In this document: piece by piece, positions 1 through 12,627 of the stretch
Layout of the letters: every line of letters begins with the position of its first letter
Position numbering within the stretch: the first letter of the stretch is position 1
Source of the DNA: Balanoglossus misakiensis
Taxonomy: Eukaryota; Animalia; Hemichordata
Length of the DNA: 64,000 nt
Direction of reading: 5' to 3'
NCBI GenBank assembly: GCA_040954595.2
Contig: CM082579.2
Span: 10,405,625 to 10,469,624, forward strand
The notes under the pieces: generated by a model
Seen by the model: only the letters and a program-made list of their open reading frames with translations
Told to the model about the DNA's origin: nothing
Database searches by the model: none
Program-made: the position numbers and the translations under genes

Positions 1-400
1 TCTGGCGAATCACGACACAGTATTAGCATGAGGTATATTATAAATGTAATTATGATTTGAGCATGTTTAGAATAATCATTTTAATTGGGTTTTAATTACG
101 ATAGATGAAAAATAAAAATTAAAGAGACAAATACTGAACAAACGACTGTCCCATATATCTCAAACGTTTCGGCAAATAACGTTTCGAAACTATCGCGGGG
201 CAGCCAAAAGTGAATACATAATACTATTTTCAAACGCGATGTTAAGAAAACATTCGGACTACAAACGGCAGCGTTCTTATAGGGGTGACAGCAGACACGG
301 TCTCCTCCAACATGTTCAAACGATTTTATTCTGGTAGAATCTTTAACGCATACACTATCTCTTGTATCAGTTTATGAACTCATCTCTTGTGCATTTTCAG

Positions 401-3400
401 CGATCCGTTATGTGGATAACACTGTAATAATTCCTCCTAACGTCGACGCGTGTTTTGACAGCGGCACAGTGCCATTACTCTTAAGCGGTATCCACGAAGA
501 TGATGACAGGGCCCAAAAACTATGTGTGAACCTTACAAAGAATGGTAAGCGACTACATGTATTTTAATAACTCAACTCTCAGCGGTGGGGTACTTATTCG
601 TCAGCACCGATCGGATCCTGCTCGACTTCGGATAACTTCATATATGCGTAGTGTTTTTATTAGATTACATTTGTATATGGTATGATCATTGGTCCCTTCT
701 CAGAATGATGATTAACTCTTGCATAAAAGGAAGTCATTAATATTATGTATCATAACCCAGAGTCATTGGTATTCTGTACGCCCCCATCCCTTTTAAAATC
801 CATTTTAATTACACATCGGATCTTTCTCGGTAATATACTCATTTTGGGCCAGGACATGATGAAGGGATTGTGCAATGTGTTTCCAAGCAATATGAACACA
901 GCAGAAAGAACCATAAACTGGAAGTATATAACGGTACCTGGGCTCTCAGCGTGACGAACGGCCACAATAATGTTAATCAAACGACGTACAGTTGGTGGTT
1001 GGTAGCATCCGAATCGGGAACCATCGCGGACACATCTATATGCCAGCATGGTAGGTTACAATAGACCATTTTCCGAACTCCGCGAGACCATGTGAGATCT
1101 CGCGTGGCTATATGTGGTTTATATGGGAAGACATTATCGTGTGACACGTGGACAAACAACACCTATCCCATTGCTTACTGTATTTTCTGTCTTTAAAAGT
1201 ATAAGTCCATCACAAGCAGACTGACTTAATGAACTCAGGAGGAACTCGGCCTGTCCACGTTTCCTCTGAATGTTGACATAAATTTGCGCTTTATTTTCAT
1301 TTGGCCGACTTTAAAATATCCAGTTGATAACTAATGCAACAATTATCTGCTTTGGTTTTAGTACCCACACACGGTTTTCAATCCTACATTGAAACACGTC
1401 CGGGTAAACGGGTTTCTGCGGGTTACAGTCTGACCGAAACTAACGCCAAAGATGTTTCACTTATCGACGTCAAGGGAAATGTGGTTTTCAGCCTGGAGAT
1501 TGTTGAAGGCAAAATCAGTCGTTGTGACATGTTTATGGACAGTGGCGTGTATGTGTCGCTACGTGATGACGTATTTGTTGTTGAGTACACCAACGTCAGC
1601 TGTGAGAGTGATGGTTCCCATGAAATTAAAACTACCTTCACTTCAGATAAATTCAACACTAAGGTTTTTCATCTGCATGTGGAAGGTGGGTCAACAGATA
1701 GGAATGCGCTTGTCTTAAATTTACATAATTTACATAGTAGTGAATAGGCAACATTTAAAATATATGTGTGTACGAGTGTGACGCCAAACGTTCCATTTAC
1801 AAAGTCTCGGTAACAAATGATGGCCGATTTTATTTTTCTGTGGAAACTATCTGTCCTTGGGCAAATGTCTTGCCATTGTAGCTTACAATCGAAGACGGTC
1901 TCATGGTTTATTTCAGAAAATATAAAGTACGTGAACATTTCTGTGTTACAAGCGCCGGAGTGTGAAGGAGATAACGCAGTTCTGCGATGTAACATAACTG
2001 CAGATAATCATTTCGAGGTCAGGGGTACGAAATGGTTTCAGAATGGGAATCTCGTATATTCTGTAAGTTTTAAGAAATTTGTTTCCCCGCGAAAGATTTG
2101 TTATGAACGCGAAACTGTCATGCCTGCTTATCAATAAACCCAAAGGGGAAGGTCGCCTGAACTACGCATGTGCGGCTTTTCTGTTTATAAGCACATTTAC
2201 ATAAATCTGAAACTTAAGCAGAAAGTTCTAATTAAAATGTGAAAAAGCTGTATAATAAAATGATAGATAAACAATATAGACTGTTAACGTCTGATGACAA
2301 TTGCCGCGACTGGTGAGTGGTGATATAAACATTTATGGTGTATATACTAGTAACTGGGTAATATTTTTTGTCAAATCTAACATCATTATTTATTGGTTAT
2401 AGGGCCAAAGTGAACTAGAATATGACATTGCCTACTTTCGGAAAAGCAATATCGGAAGGTACTATTGTCAAGTGGAAACTATGTGTCGGAATTACACCAG
2501 TCAGACTATCGCTGTTGTCGTGGAAAGAAACATATCAGGTAGGTATCACTTCTTCAAATCCCTTTAACCATGATGACGCTCTGTGTCGATCCACAAATGG
2601 CTACATCATTCGTTTTGGAGAAAGTTTGAATACCATTTTTAGGACAGTTTGTTTGTGATTTTGTAATTTGTTTTCCAGCTAACTAAAACGCGCCTTGTGA
2701 ATTTATTTTACAAAATTGTCCGGCCCATTGGCGGAAATAGTGACATAAGAAACTAACAGCACCTGGCAAAAGGGCAATCTGACGTGTGTATCGCCTTCAA
2801 TCTGTATTTCATCTGAGATCCTTCTTTGTAGTGAATGGATTTCATAAAATAAATCAAATGTACGACAAAAGTATATGTACATTATAGTACCTTTGTTTTC
2901 ATATAGTATCTTTGTTTTCATTTCCAGTCATATCGAGAACAGATAAAATAGTTTTTTTAAAGACGTTAAAATTGCATGAATGAAACGACTGTAGATTTAA
3001 TACGACGTTCATTTCAAAAAGTTCATTATCGGTTCGCTGGATTTGACTTTTATTCACATGGTCGATAACATGCTACCCAGCAGATGCGGAATGCATGTAT
3101 GTCCGCGGTGGTGAGGGCGTCCTAGCAACTCATTCGATCTCAACGACAGCCGCAACTACGAAAACAATCACGTCGGACAAAGTCTCGCCTGAAAAAGTTA
3201 CTGTGTACAAAGGTGAGCTGTAGGCCTAACTTTTCCCTGTGTGTTTAGTATTTTTGTTTTGTGTATCTACTTCAGTTTTTTTGTTCAAATCCCTGAAGTA
3301 TAAAGAAATGCCCAGCATTCACCTCATCAACACAACATAAATGTGTAAATCACATGTTGCAACCATTCGGCCGTGTTATAAGCTCAACAACGACGGTTCC

Positions 3401-4805
3401 GCTTCTGATCATATTAGTCATGTCTGCAGGAAAGGTTTCTACGCACTCTCTAGAGTTGGCAAGATCCGCCCATTATTGGACAAACATACAACCGAAAAGA
3501 TGGTCCATGCATTCATTACGTCTCAGCTTGATTATTGTAATAGTCTCCTGTATGGTATTAATAAGGCTCAGCTGGATCGCCTACAATCACTTCAAAATGC
3601 TGCGGCTCGTCTCGTCTCCCGGACTCGGAAGTTCGATCACATCACATCTCATTGATCTGCACTGGCTGCCGGTTGATGCTCGCATCAAATTCAAAATTTT
3701 GTTAACTACCTATAAAATCATTCATCGCTTTGCACCACTTTATTTAATCGATTTGCTTGAAATTTACACCCCTGTCAGAGATCTCAGATCAGCTGACTAT
3801 TTGCGGTTGGTGCCACCTCGTGGAAACTTTAATAAGGCATATGGGCAGAGAGCATTCTCTGTTTGTGCACCTGCTCTGTGGAATTCGCTGCCGCCTGTGA
3901 TTCGCAACGCCAGATCTGTTGACTGTTTTAAACGCCGTTTAAAAACTCATCTTTTCAATCATATTTGTGATCGAATTTTTTAGGATCATCTTCTGTATGG
4001 TTTTTTTTTTTTAGACGGACTTTTAACTGGGAATTTTAACTGAGACTTTTTAATTTTTCTGCTGCTTTTATGATTCTTTTATCACCGTCTTTTGTAACTC
4101 GAACTGAGACGTATGTGTAGTGCGTGTACGCCAAAATTATAATTCTTTGTCGAAAATACATATGTGGTCTTACTTGTGTCTGTACATTCTGACAGGTTGC
4201 AAGGGCACATATACACCTACGGCAGTAATCGTCTGTATGACGGGTGTTGGTGTTAGCATTCTCCTGTGGGTAATTACAGGAGTGTGCTACTACTGTACAC
4301 GAAAAAAAGTCCGGTTAGTGGGAAACAGAGTTCCGTTTTTTATTGCATGGTTTTTACGATTTATACATTGTTTTACAATAACAATATTATTAAGTTGAAT
4401 ACATAATAATATGAAAAAGTACAGGTATATGTTTTATACCCATACAGACTGTAAATAAAAGATTAATTTACCAACGATTCACATTTTCCAAAAAAAAACG
4501 GAGAATTCTTAAAGTGACCATATATGCTTATAAGTTTTATACAGTATTGTAACTACAGGTTTCCTCTGGGTTACAGTTCGTTGACTTTGATGAAGTGTGT
4601 CGTTGAATCATTCCTAATTCTTACAGTCGCACGCTCAAACTTTCAACCTATCAAACTCATCATTTGCGATAAGAAGTGTCGGTTTTTGTGCAATATTGTA
4701 ATTGCATTTTCTCAGTCTTATTTTTTTATTTTTCAGAAAGGAAAGCCAAATATAGTGGGAACAACCCCCAGTCTGGTCTGTCAGATTGAACGTACTCAGC
4801 AGTAA
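401..4805 (+). CDS. 3' part of a spliced type-I transmembrane immunoglobulin-superfamily gene (5' end not identified)
   Basis: Phase-compatible GT-AG exons: 401-544, probably 853-1050, 1362-1685 (108-codon Ig-like exon), 1917-2062 plus 2403-2538 (split Ig domain EGDNAVLRCNIT..KWFQNG / LEYDIAYFRKSNIGRYYCQVE), 3126-3212 (Ser/Thr stalk ATHSISTTAATTKTITS), 4196-~4313 (TM AVIVCMTGVGVSILLWVITGVCYYC then RKK), and a last exon from 4737 with a short tail whose frame is uncertain. Confidence 0.75.
3372..4100 (+). mobile_element. 5'-truncated L2/CR1-group LINE, ORF2 C-terminus plus 3' UTR, intronic
   Basis: Two overlapping frames join to HAFITSQLDYCNSLLYG..LQSLQNAAARLV..DHIT..LHWLPVDARIKFKILL..YGQRAFSVCAPALWNSLP..FKRRLKTHLF, the typical L2/CR1 post-RT region; one frameshift near 3650. 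Confidence 0.9.
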
Positions 4806-5035
4806 TGCCCGTGCAAACAGCCATATGGACATTGGTCCTTTTTAGTATATTCTGCATGTTCAGTTTTTGCACGCGTTGAATCAGTTATGTTTTAATCAGT
4901 CAACCGATATCTGCACGGACATAATTGCTTCCTATCCTGGACAACGGCCTACTAAGCTATCCACAGAACAGCTATGCCGTGGACACAAACTATGAAATAA
5001 ACGTTAACAAAAATATCCAAGAAGAACTAACATTA

Positions 5036-5038
<3 letters not shown>

Positions 5039-5084
<46 letters not shown>
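5039..5084. repeat. (TG)n microsatellite
   Basis: Perfect dinucleotide run of about 46 bp. Confidence 0.98.
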
Positions 5085-5087
<3 letters not shown>

Positions 5088-6393
5088 ACAAATCTTTAGA
5101 ACTGGTCAAGTATCTTAAAGCTCTCATTCTTCAAGATAATTCAATACATAGTCATAATTAATAACTTCAGAACCCCCCCCCCCCCGAGTCTTTGGCGGGT
5201 AAATTTGGATCGTTTCGTGACAATGAAACATTTAGGCAGATGGCGGCCTTTCTGATGGCTTTTTGTAATTTTTTAACAAGGAATAACACGGTTTATAATA
5301 TTGACAGAATATGAAAATATTGTGACATGTGAAATGCGATCACATTTTGACAGTTTTGTGTTTTAAAGAAGTGTCAGATAAGGTCAAGTGGTGTACGAGA
5401 GAAAAAGAATGAGCGAAAAAATTCCAATCGCCAAATATGAGAAAAGATAACAAATCGAAGGCTGTCAGGTGGAGCGGTTTTCGCTTTGATTTGTGAAAAG
5501 TAATACATGTACTGTTTTCAAATATGTCATTTATTTTTGCTTAGTTTTCCCTCCAGTTTCAGTTAATAAATATGTTCATTCATTTTGTGGTGAATATCGA
5601 GTAATTCGCTTAATTAAAAACGTTCAATCACAATAAGGAAAAGGTAAACAATTATTCCAATTCAAAGATAAATTGTAAGAATATGCAAGTAAACGAAGAC
5701 TTTGATCTACATCTATGCTAAGTAACATTGTGAGCGCTCGCTAAGCCGGCTTAACTTCCCACACTGGAACATCACAACGAAATTACAATGCGTGAACAAA
5801 GTCAACTTTCGTTGTTTTTTTAATGTCATATAAACGTGGTTGTGCTAACTATCGCCACCGAGAATGGTACAGTCCAAGTTGCAGTGGCCTGGCAGTACAA
5901 TTCACAATGTCCAAAAGGTGTGTGTGTGTGCAGCGCGCGCGCGTTTGCGTTCCATACAAACTGACGACGTCAACCTGGAGTGAACACGCATCCACAAAGC
6001 GGCGACAGTGTCGACAAAGTGAATGCCCAAACAACGTTTTTTACGGCAATCGATTCCCGAGGTGTGTGTGTTCCATATGAAATGGCATCTAAATGCTCTT
6101 GATCTGAAAACGTATCATACTGAATGGTCGTCGCTAAAAAACTTCTCTTGTCAAGACTTCCAAGTTCAGTGGTAAATGTAGGTTAGACACGGCAGCATTC
6201 AAAATGATGTAAAATTATGTCTGCCGTGTACGTGACTAATCTTTACGGCCCTGATACGGGTTTTGCGGCCCGAGGTCGTACGGCGGAAGCGCCCGACCGC
6301 AGGGAGGGCGCGAATCGCCGTACGACCGAGGGCCACAAAACCCGTATCAGGGCCGTAAAGGTTTTATCATATGCCTTATTGAACGATAATTAC

Positions 6394-7273
6394 ATATAAT
6401 CCCATGATATCTTTCTTTGTTTGACGTCATCGTATACGAGTGGTTTTCGCGGAGCAATGCAACTTCGAGCCGCAGGCGAGAAGTTGTACGCTTCCGCGAA
6501 AACCACGAGTAAGATATCATGGGATTATATATTTATCACATGAACAGTCTTCTTTTTTTTCGTTAGAAGAGGCATAACTAAAAAAATTCAGTATCTTGCA
6601 ACAATTTTGGAGCGGCGTCGTATTTTTACTGAGCAGGATTATTTCCCCCACGAGATATACATTTGTATGTTGAGACGTTTTATGAATGATCAGCGATAGT
6701 TCATCATTTGCATATACACAAATGATGAACTATCGCTGATCATTCACAAAATCTCCCAACAAGTCGTTGAGTTCCGTTCGCTCGAAGTTCGGCCTTACAC
6801 AAATGTAATCGATTCTCTAACAATTTTACTGCTACCTGTTGCCACGTCTTATACATTTCGTTGACCGGTGGAATAGAGAGGTTCAGTCGTCACGCTGAAC
6901 TGGCTCGAAACAATTCCCCACACTGATTCGACTCGGAACGTACCGGACTTGCGCCTAGCCTAGGCTATGTACCTGACCCAAAACTTTGACAGCCACGATT
7001 GTCTATGATCGTTGCGTCGACTGTCTTCTTCCCAAATTCCACCTTTCTGTTTTGAGCTTACAAAGCAATGTTGTCATGGAACCGTCATTTTTTTATTTCA
7101 TTTCTGTATTGTAAATGCCGCGCGCTACACGTACTGTTTCTGTTTGACAACAAAGCTACGGCGAATCGGTGGAAGTAGTTCCGGTTGATGACGTAACACA
7201 GGGGTGATCTGGATTTTTGATCTGTCCTGGTCTACGTCACACAGGTGGTGATCAGGGCCGGTTCACGTGATAA
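6394..7273. mobile_element. Second hairpin-ended element of the same architecture, nested in the first
   Basis: Hairpin 6394-6530, followed by TTATCACATGAAC (6533-6545) that pairs 12/13 with GTTCACGTGATAA (7261-7273). Confidence 0.55.
6683..6746. repeat. Perfect inverted repeat, 28-bp arms and 8-nt loop
   Basis: TGAATGATCAGCGATAGTTCATCATTTG / CAAATGATGAACTATCGCTGATCATTCA. Confidence 0.95.
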
Positions 7274-8679
7274 TCTACAAGAAACTAATAAAATACACAT
7301 TCTGTAATATTTTGGAATGTAAATATTACGTGTTTATCTATCGTTTTGAAATGATCTATCCCGTAGCATAGAGGCGCATTCCTCCAGTTCTTGCGGATTG
7401 ATATGCACGATGTCATTTGTTTACATTCTATTGCACGTGAGATATAGACGCGCTCGAACTCACAGAGCCGAGCGCGAGCAAAACATTATTTTTTCTTCGC
7501 GACGATCGACGCCGACAGTCACACATTAATCAGATCAAATCATCAATTTTACTATTCATATTTCCAAATAAAGCTCTACAACATGCAGCGATTACGGGAG
7601 ATGATGGGATTCGGTAGTGGCATAGGACATACACACACTGCAAGTGCACTAGTCACTGACACCGCACCAGAAAAATTTAATTCAGAACGTAGCAACAACA
7701 ACTTTCGAATCTCGCGCAATAAACACAAAACTAGATCCGGATATTGAACGCGTCTTCCAAATATGGTCACCGGGCCAGGGCGTGATAAGCAAAAAAAACT
7801 GCACAGATGTGAGGGCGCTTTTCCCCATAGATTTTACATGGGCACGTGAATATAGGCATATGATAATACACAAAAGCAGCCGCAACTAGCGCGCCTTGCG
7901 AGCTTACTAATATAAATCGATCGGAGCCGGCGCAGCCGACACCGCTAGTTTTTTTTTGTTTTTGTTTTTGAGAACGAGAGAGGAACGGAAGAACATACAA
8001 AATTGCATAGTTATAAGTCTAATAAACCTTGAAAGTCGTATAACACAGCAACAGTCGCAGATAATATTTGAGGCATCTTTCTTGTACAGATAATGGACTC
8101 CCAGCGGTATCGTGGGGACCTTCCAGACCAAACGAAAAGCACCTGACCTGGCAAAAAGAGGTGGAGGCAGACCGGAAACGGCTTTTGCTTCCACCACGAG
8201 TTCTCACTTACGGCATCGGGTTGGCCAAAGTCTCGCTCCCTGAAAAGGAGAGGTTGACTTGATACGCCAATATCAACTGGCGACTCGGAGACTGGCCACT
8301 GGTGATGGGTGGTAGACAAACGCCGTGAAGCTGATGTGGTTTTCTCCGTGGAATGGTTATACAAGCATCTCCATCGGGATCCGCACAAGAACAGGATCCT
8401 GCAACGGAATCCCTGTCCAAGCAGCACCGTCACGTCTGGACCCTGCCGTGATACTCGCTTGCAGACGCGGCCAGATCTTGCGACCGTCAAACATCTACTG
8501 AAAAAGTCGGGGGAGACGGTCGTGGTGGAAGATACCATGCAAGGAAGAGACCCAGTCACCTCCGTCTCATCAACATCCAGGGCATCCTCACCCTGAAGAA
8601 CACCCTCTACACGACCATTATCTTCTACAGTGGCGGCGCCCCGCAAATTATATTCTACCGTGGCTGCCCAACAACCCAA

Positions 8680-9220
8680 CGTTTCCGGTGTCCCATACCG
8701 GAGTGCCGTGCGCAAACCAAGAGACTCCGCGCACATGTCCTAAGGGAGCACATCCCAGCGACACTTCGGGGTGATCGCCCTCTGTCGGCCGATGTGGCTC
8801 TCTGTGCGCTACATGGGTGGATAGTTGGCGGTCATTCTGAGACACCGGCGAACGATCTGCTGGGTTTCTTTGGACGGCACGGTTTGGACTTTGTCTCCAG
8901 CAGAGTGCCCATTGGTAAGGAGTACACTGCAGTGATGGGGCAGCTCTGCGCGGATCCCGAAGTACTTAGGGCTCCATCCCCCGAATTCGCCGACTGTCCT
9001 CATTCACTGGAGAGTCTTGCTGGTCTTGCTGGGTTGTCTCTCGCCTCCCCAAAGGGCGGAGTTTCAGTCACTTTTCGGTGGGCCGGAGCCCATTGGGGAG
9101 ATGATGGACTCGCCCTCGGGGGTGGCGGGGGAGATCCCAGCTGAGGCGCAACCTCAGCCAATGGCCAACCCGTCGGAAAGCAAACGTGCTCCAGTTGGCC
9201 GACTCGCTTTTGACACTGAG
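8680..9220 (+). pseudogene. Degraded C2H2 zinc-finger ORF fragment, probably an accessory ORF of a mobile element (second copy ~19750-20300)
   Basis: Reads FRCPIPECRAQTKRLRAHVLREHIP, then (intact in copy 2) LGLHPPNSPAVLIHWRVLLGFLSPPQRAEFQSL..LAFDT. A paralogous CPVPGCGRTSKRLKRHC lies in module D (~9695, ~20850, ~35930). Confidence 0.5.
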
Positions 9221-10462
9221 GATTACCATGTCACCGCCTCTGGGGCGATAAGTTTCATCGGGGCTCTTAGTAGGATGTCGCCTTTGTGTATTTAGCATGT
9301 CCAAGTATTTGCCAACCAATTTTCGAAAGGACTCACACAGTCATGATGAAATTTGCGAAGGATCATCAATTTCACACCCTTCCTCCCTCACCAATACTGA
9401 ATAATAGTACACCCACGAGGGAAACGCCGTGAGCCACCAGGTGGGCAGTCCAATCAGCCGCCAAGGAAAAGCGCGCAGAAGATGAAGGCCACTAAGCCAA
9501 AGAAACGAGAGGGGGTGAGGAATCTCGTCTTAAGGTGACTGTTCAGCCTGACGTGAAGCGTATGCGACGTACTTTCCGTTAAATTGATGGTACAGGGGGT
9601 ACAAAGCAGTCGAAAATCACCACGACTGCATCAACACTCTCCTGTAGAGGTAGGGGTAGAAGAAAATCAACCAGCGGCCAGCTGCTCCTGTCCATGCCCT
9701 GTTCCGGGATGTGGACGGACATCAAAACGTCTGAAGCGGCACTGCTTTTAAATCTGGCAAAGCAACCTGAGACTTGCAGCGAGTGAAACTTGACGAAATC
9801 TTTGAGAGCTAGGAGATGGGAGCACTGTCTGGTCAAAAAAGTGACAAAGAAAAACCTGATGGCAAAACCAGACATCCCAGTGTATTTACTTAGTAACTTT
9901 GTGTATTTATATTTAATAGAAGACCATCTGTGAATATCTGCAAGACGTTGTTGATGGTATAAACAATTTACAGCAAAAGAACAAGGACGTATGTAAAATG
10001 GTTAAGGAAGCCTTCATAAAGGAACTGCAAATGCCTTGGAGCGTAATGGAGAAGTTGCCAATGCAGGTCTGCACTAGATGCGAACAGACGTTCGTCAGAA
10101 CTTACCAATTTAATGAACACCTGTGCGTCATGTCGACCGCGTCAACTGTGTCAACGACGGGAGCCTCTAGCCACTAGCACGACCTGTACCGCTACCGCTA
10201 CCGGGTCTACTAACTACGTCGCGCCAGCAGTTCCGACTGGGGCGCCTCCACACACTTGAGAGTCCACACCAAGGAATAGTTTTGCATATTTGCATATTTA
10301 TAATTTTGAGCCATATTTGCCATTTTTGGTCAATTTATTTTCTTCTCTAAAACCGCATGCCAGATTGCTTTGAAATTTGTTAGGCATGTTCCTAGGGGAA
10401 TCCCAGGAAAGATGATGCAAAAAAATGTGAATTTTGCATAAATGTGTTATTGGGAAATTTTT

Positions 10463-10793
10463 GCAACATGTACTTCAATCAAACGAATCATTTAAGATTG
10501 ATGGAGAGGTATTTGTTAATATCGTTCACGTGAAAATCACAAAGGGGGATAAGGACCGCGAAAAAAAAAGTGATGATGCAGAACGTTTTCAAAAATATAA
10601 TAAGAGTATTATTCGTATTAGAAACAAAGATCATTTGTGTTGCGTGCGGGGAATTGTGACTGCCAAAGCATGTATTGACAAACGCCCTGATCTCGTGTAC
10701 ATTAAAAAAAAGACGAACAATTCAGGAAGTTTTAGCGAGGCCACTCCACTCTGCCGCTTCTGTACCGCTAATGGCCTGTGGAATACAGGAGGT
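10463..10793 (+). pseudogene. Polinton/Maverick protein-primed DNA polymerase B, N-terminal-region fragment (module G; copies at ~21530, 30500, 36410, 48740, 55750)
   Basis: HVLQSNESFKIDGEVFVNIVHV..KSIIRIRNKDHLCCVRGIVTAKA and, after a frameshift, IQEVLARPLHSAASVPLMACGIQE; these match motifs I recall from Polinton pPolB N-termini. Confidence 0.75.
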
Positions 10794-10799
10794 GAGCCC

Positions 10800-11060
10800 A
10801 GTGGAATAAGGAGGAAGAGGCATTGTATCAGTACGAGACGAAGTTTGTGGACCTCCTACAAGATTATACTACAAGTCTTTATATGTCAGATAGCCGATGA
10901 AAATTGTGAAGGCTGTAAACTCCAAGACCCGTCACAGATACACCAAGACTGTCTAATGTTCACTAATGCCGAGAAGATATATATGTACTTCGAAGTACGT
11001 CTAAAAAGAATGGACATATGTGAGCTGATACAGTCATTACGAAGGGAGACTGATGCAACT
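10800..11060 (+). pseudogene. Polinton-type small ORF with CxGCxxxxPSQxxHxC motif, paralog 1 (module H; copy ~49445-49720)
   Basis: ENCEGCKLQDPSQIHQDCLM (HHDC in the second copy). Confidence 0.55.
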
Positions 11061-11199
11061 AACACCGAGCTCGTGACAGTTGTGTATGTCGTTTTTACAA
11101 TTAATAGACTTTAATTCCAAGAGAAACTGAATCAAACTGTGTTTGTGTGTATCCATGTACATCAACAGCCCTCCCATGGATCTCAGCCCAGCGAATTAA

Positions 11200-11508
11200 C
11201 AGATCCAACTACACCCCCTCCAGCTAAACGTAGACGCCCCGATCAAGACAATCAGAATGTCGAATTATATCGGATATGCGAGGTAAATACGCGATTTATC
11301 AAAAAAATTAAAACAACGGCTAGCGATTACGTAGTGAATTTCTCTCCTGTAGAAAGTCGGAATTTAAGGGACGCGTTAAATGCGTTGTACCAACGTTTCG
11401 ATTGGTTGATAGTGAGTTGACCAGTGATATTAAATCGAGTGATAAAATTCGGTTAATTCTGTGCACGCCGCAGTTAGAAAAACCTGTTAGTTTACTGTTT
11501 GTACGCGT
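11200..11508 (+). pseudogene. Polinton pPolB fragment from upstream of the VLQSNE motif (module I; copies at ~15950, 21750, 30720, 37145, 49840, 55970)
   Basis: YRIxEVNxRFIKKxKTTASDYVVNF..LYQRFDxLISELTSDMKSSDKIRLIL.TPQLExPVSLPF. Confidence 0.65.
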
Positions 11509-12627
11509 TGCGATACCTTCTCTGACAGTAAAGGAACTCCACAACCACCACGAGGGCAACGCTGTGAACCACCACGGGGGCAGTCCAACCAGCCACCGAG
11601 GAAAAGCGCGCAGAAGATGAAGGCCACTAAGGCAAAGAAACTAGAGCGGGGGGGGGTGAGACTAAAACGAAGGAAACCGAAGGAAACTGAAGGACACTGT
11701 TTTTTCCATATTTTAGTGCGAAGGAAAAGGTTTTCTCTATGCTGGTTGCCGAAGGACTGGTTTAGCTTCGAATTAAACGCCGAAGGAAAGCGAAGGACGC
11801 TGATTTATCCATATTTAAGTGCGAAGGAAAAGGTTTTCTCTATGCTGGTGGCCGAAGGATAGGTTTAGTTCGGTAATTAATTATGCTGGTGGCCGAAGGA
11901 CAGGTTTAGTTCGGTAATTAAAGCCGCAGGACAGGTTCAGCTCCGTAATTTTGGCCGAAGGAAAGCGAAGGACACTGATTTTTCCATATTTTAGTGCGAA
12001 GGACACGGTTTTCTGTATGCTAGAGGCCGAAGGACAGGTTTAGCTCAGTAATTAAAGCCAAAGGACGGGTGTAGCTCCGTAATTTTTGCCGAAGGAAACC
12101 GAAGGACGCTGATTTATCCGTATTTTAGTGCGAAGGACGTGGTTTTCTGTATGCTGGTGGCCGAAGGACAGGTGTAGCTCCGTAATTTTTGCCGAAGGAA
12201 ACCGAAGGACGCTGATTTATCCGTATTTTAGTGCGAAGGACGTGGTTTTCTGTATGCTGGTGGCCGAAGGACAGGTGTAGCTCCGTAATTTTTGCCGAAG
12301 GAAACCGAAGGACGCTGATTTATCCGTATTTTAGTGCGAAGGACGTGGTTTTCTGTATGCTGGTGGCCGAAGGACAGGTGTAGCTCAGTAATTTAGGGCG
12401 AAGGAAACCGAAGGACGCTGATTTATCCCTATTTTCGGCCGAAGGACGAGGTTTTCTGTATGCTAGAGGCCGAAGGACAGGTGTAGCTCAATAATTTAGG
12501 GCGAAGGAAAGCGAAGGACAGTCATATTTCCATTTTTTAGGGCGAAGGAAAAGGAAGGACAGTCATATTTCCATATTTTAGGGCGAAGGACACGATTCTC
12601 TCACGATTATCAGAGACTTGGCGTCAG

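Larger units (their letters stand above)
6241..7866. mobile_element. Non-autonomous hairpin-ended element (possibly Crypton-type), outer copy
   Basis: 120-bp hairpin 6241-6360, followed by TTATCATATGCCT (6364-6376), whose exact reverse complement AGGCATATGATAA lies at 7854-7866. Confidence 0.55.

Noticed and set aside
11662-12590. GAAGGA-rich repeats as a CRISPR or regulatory array
   Set aside because: They are mirrored at 14510-14960 and bounded by TIRs, so they are subterminal repeats of a DNA transposon.
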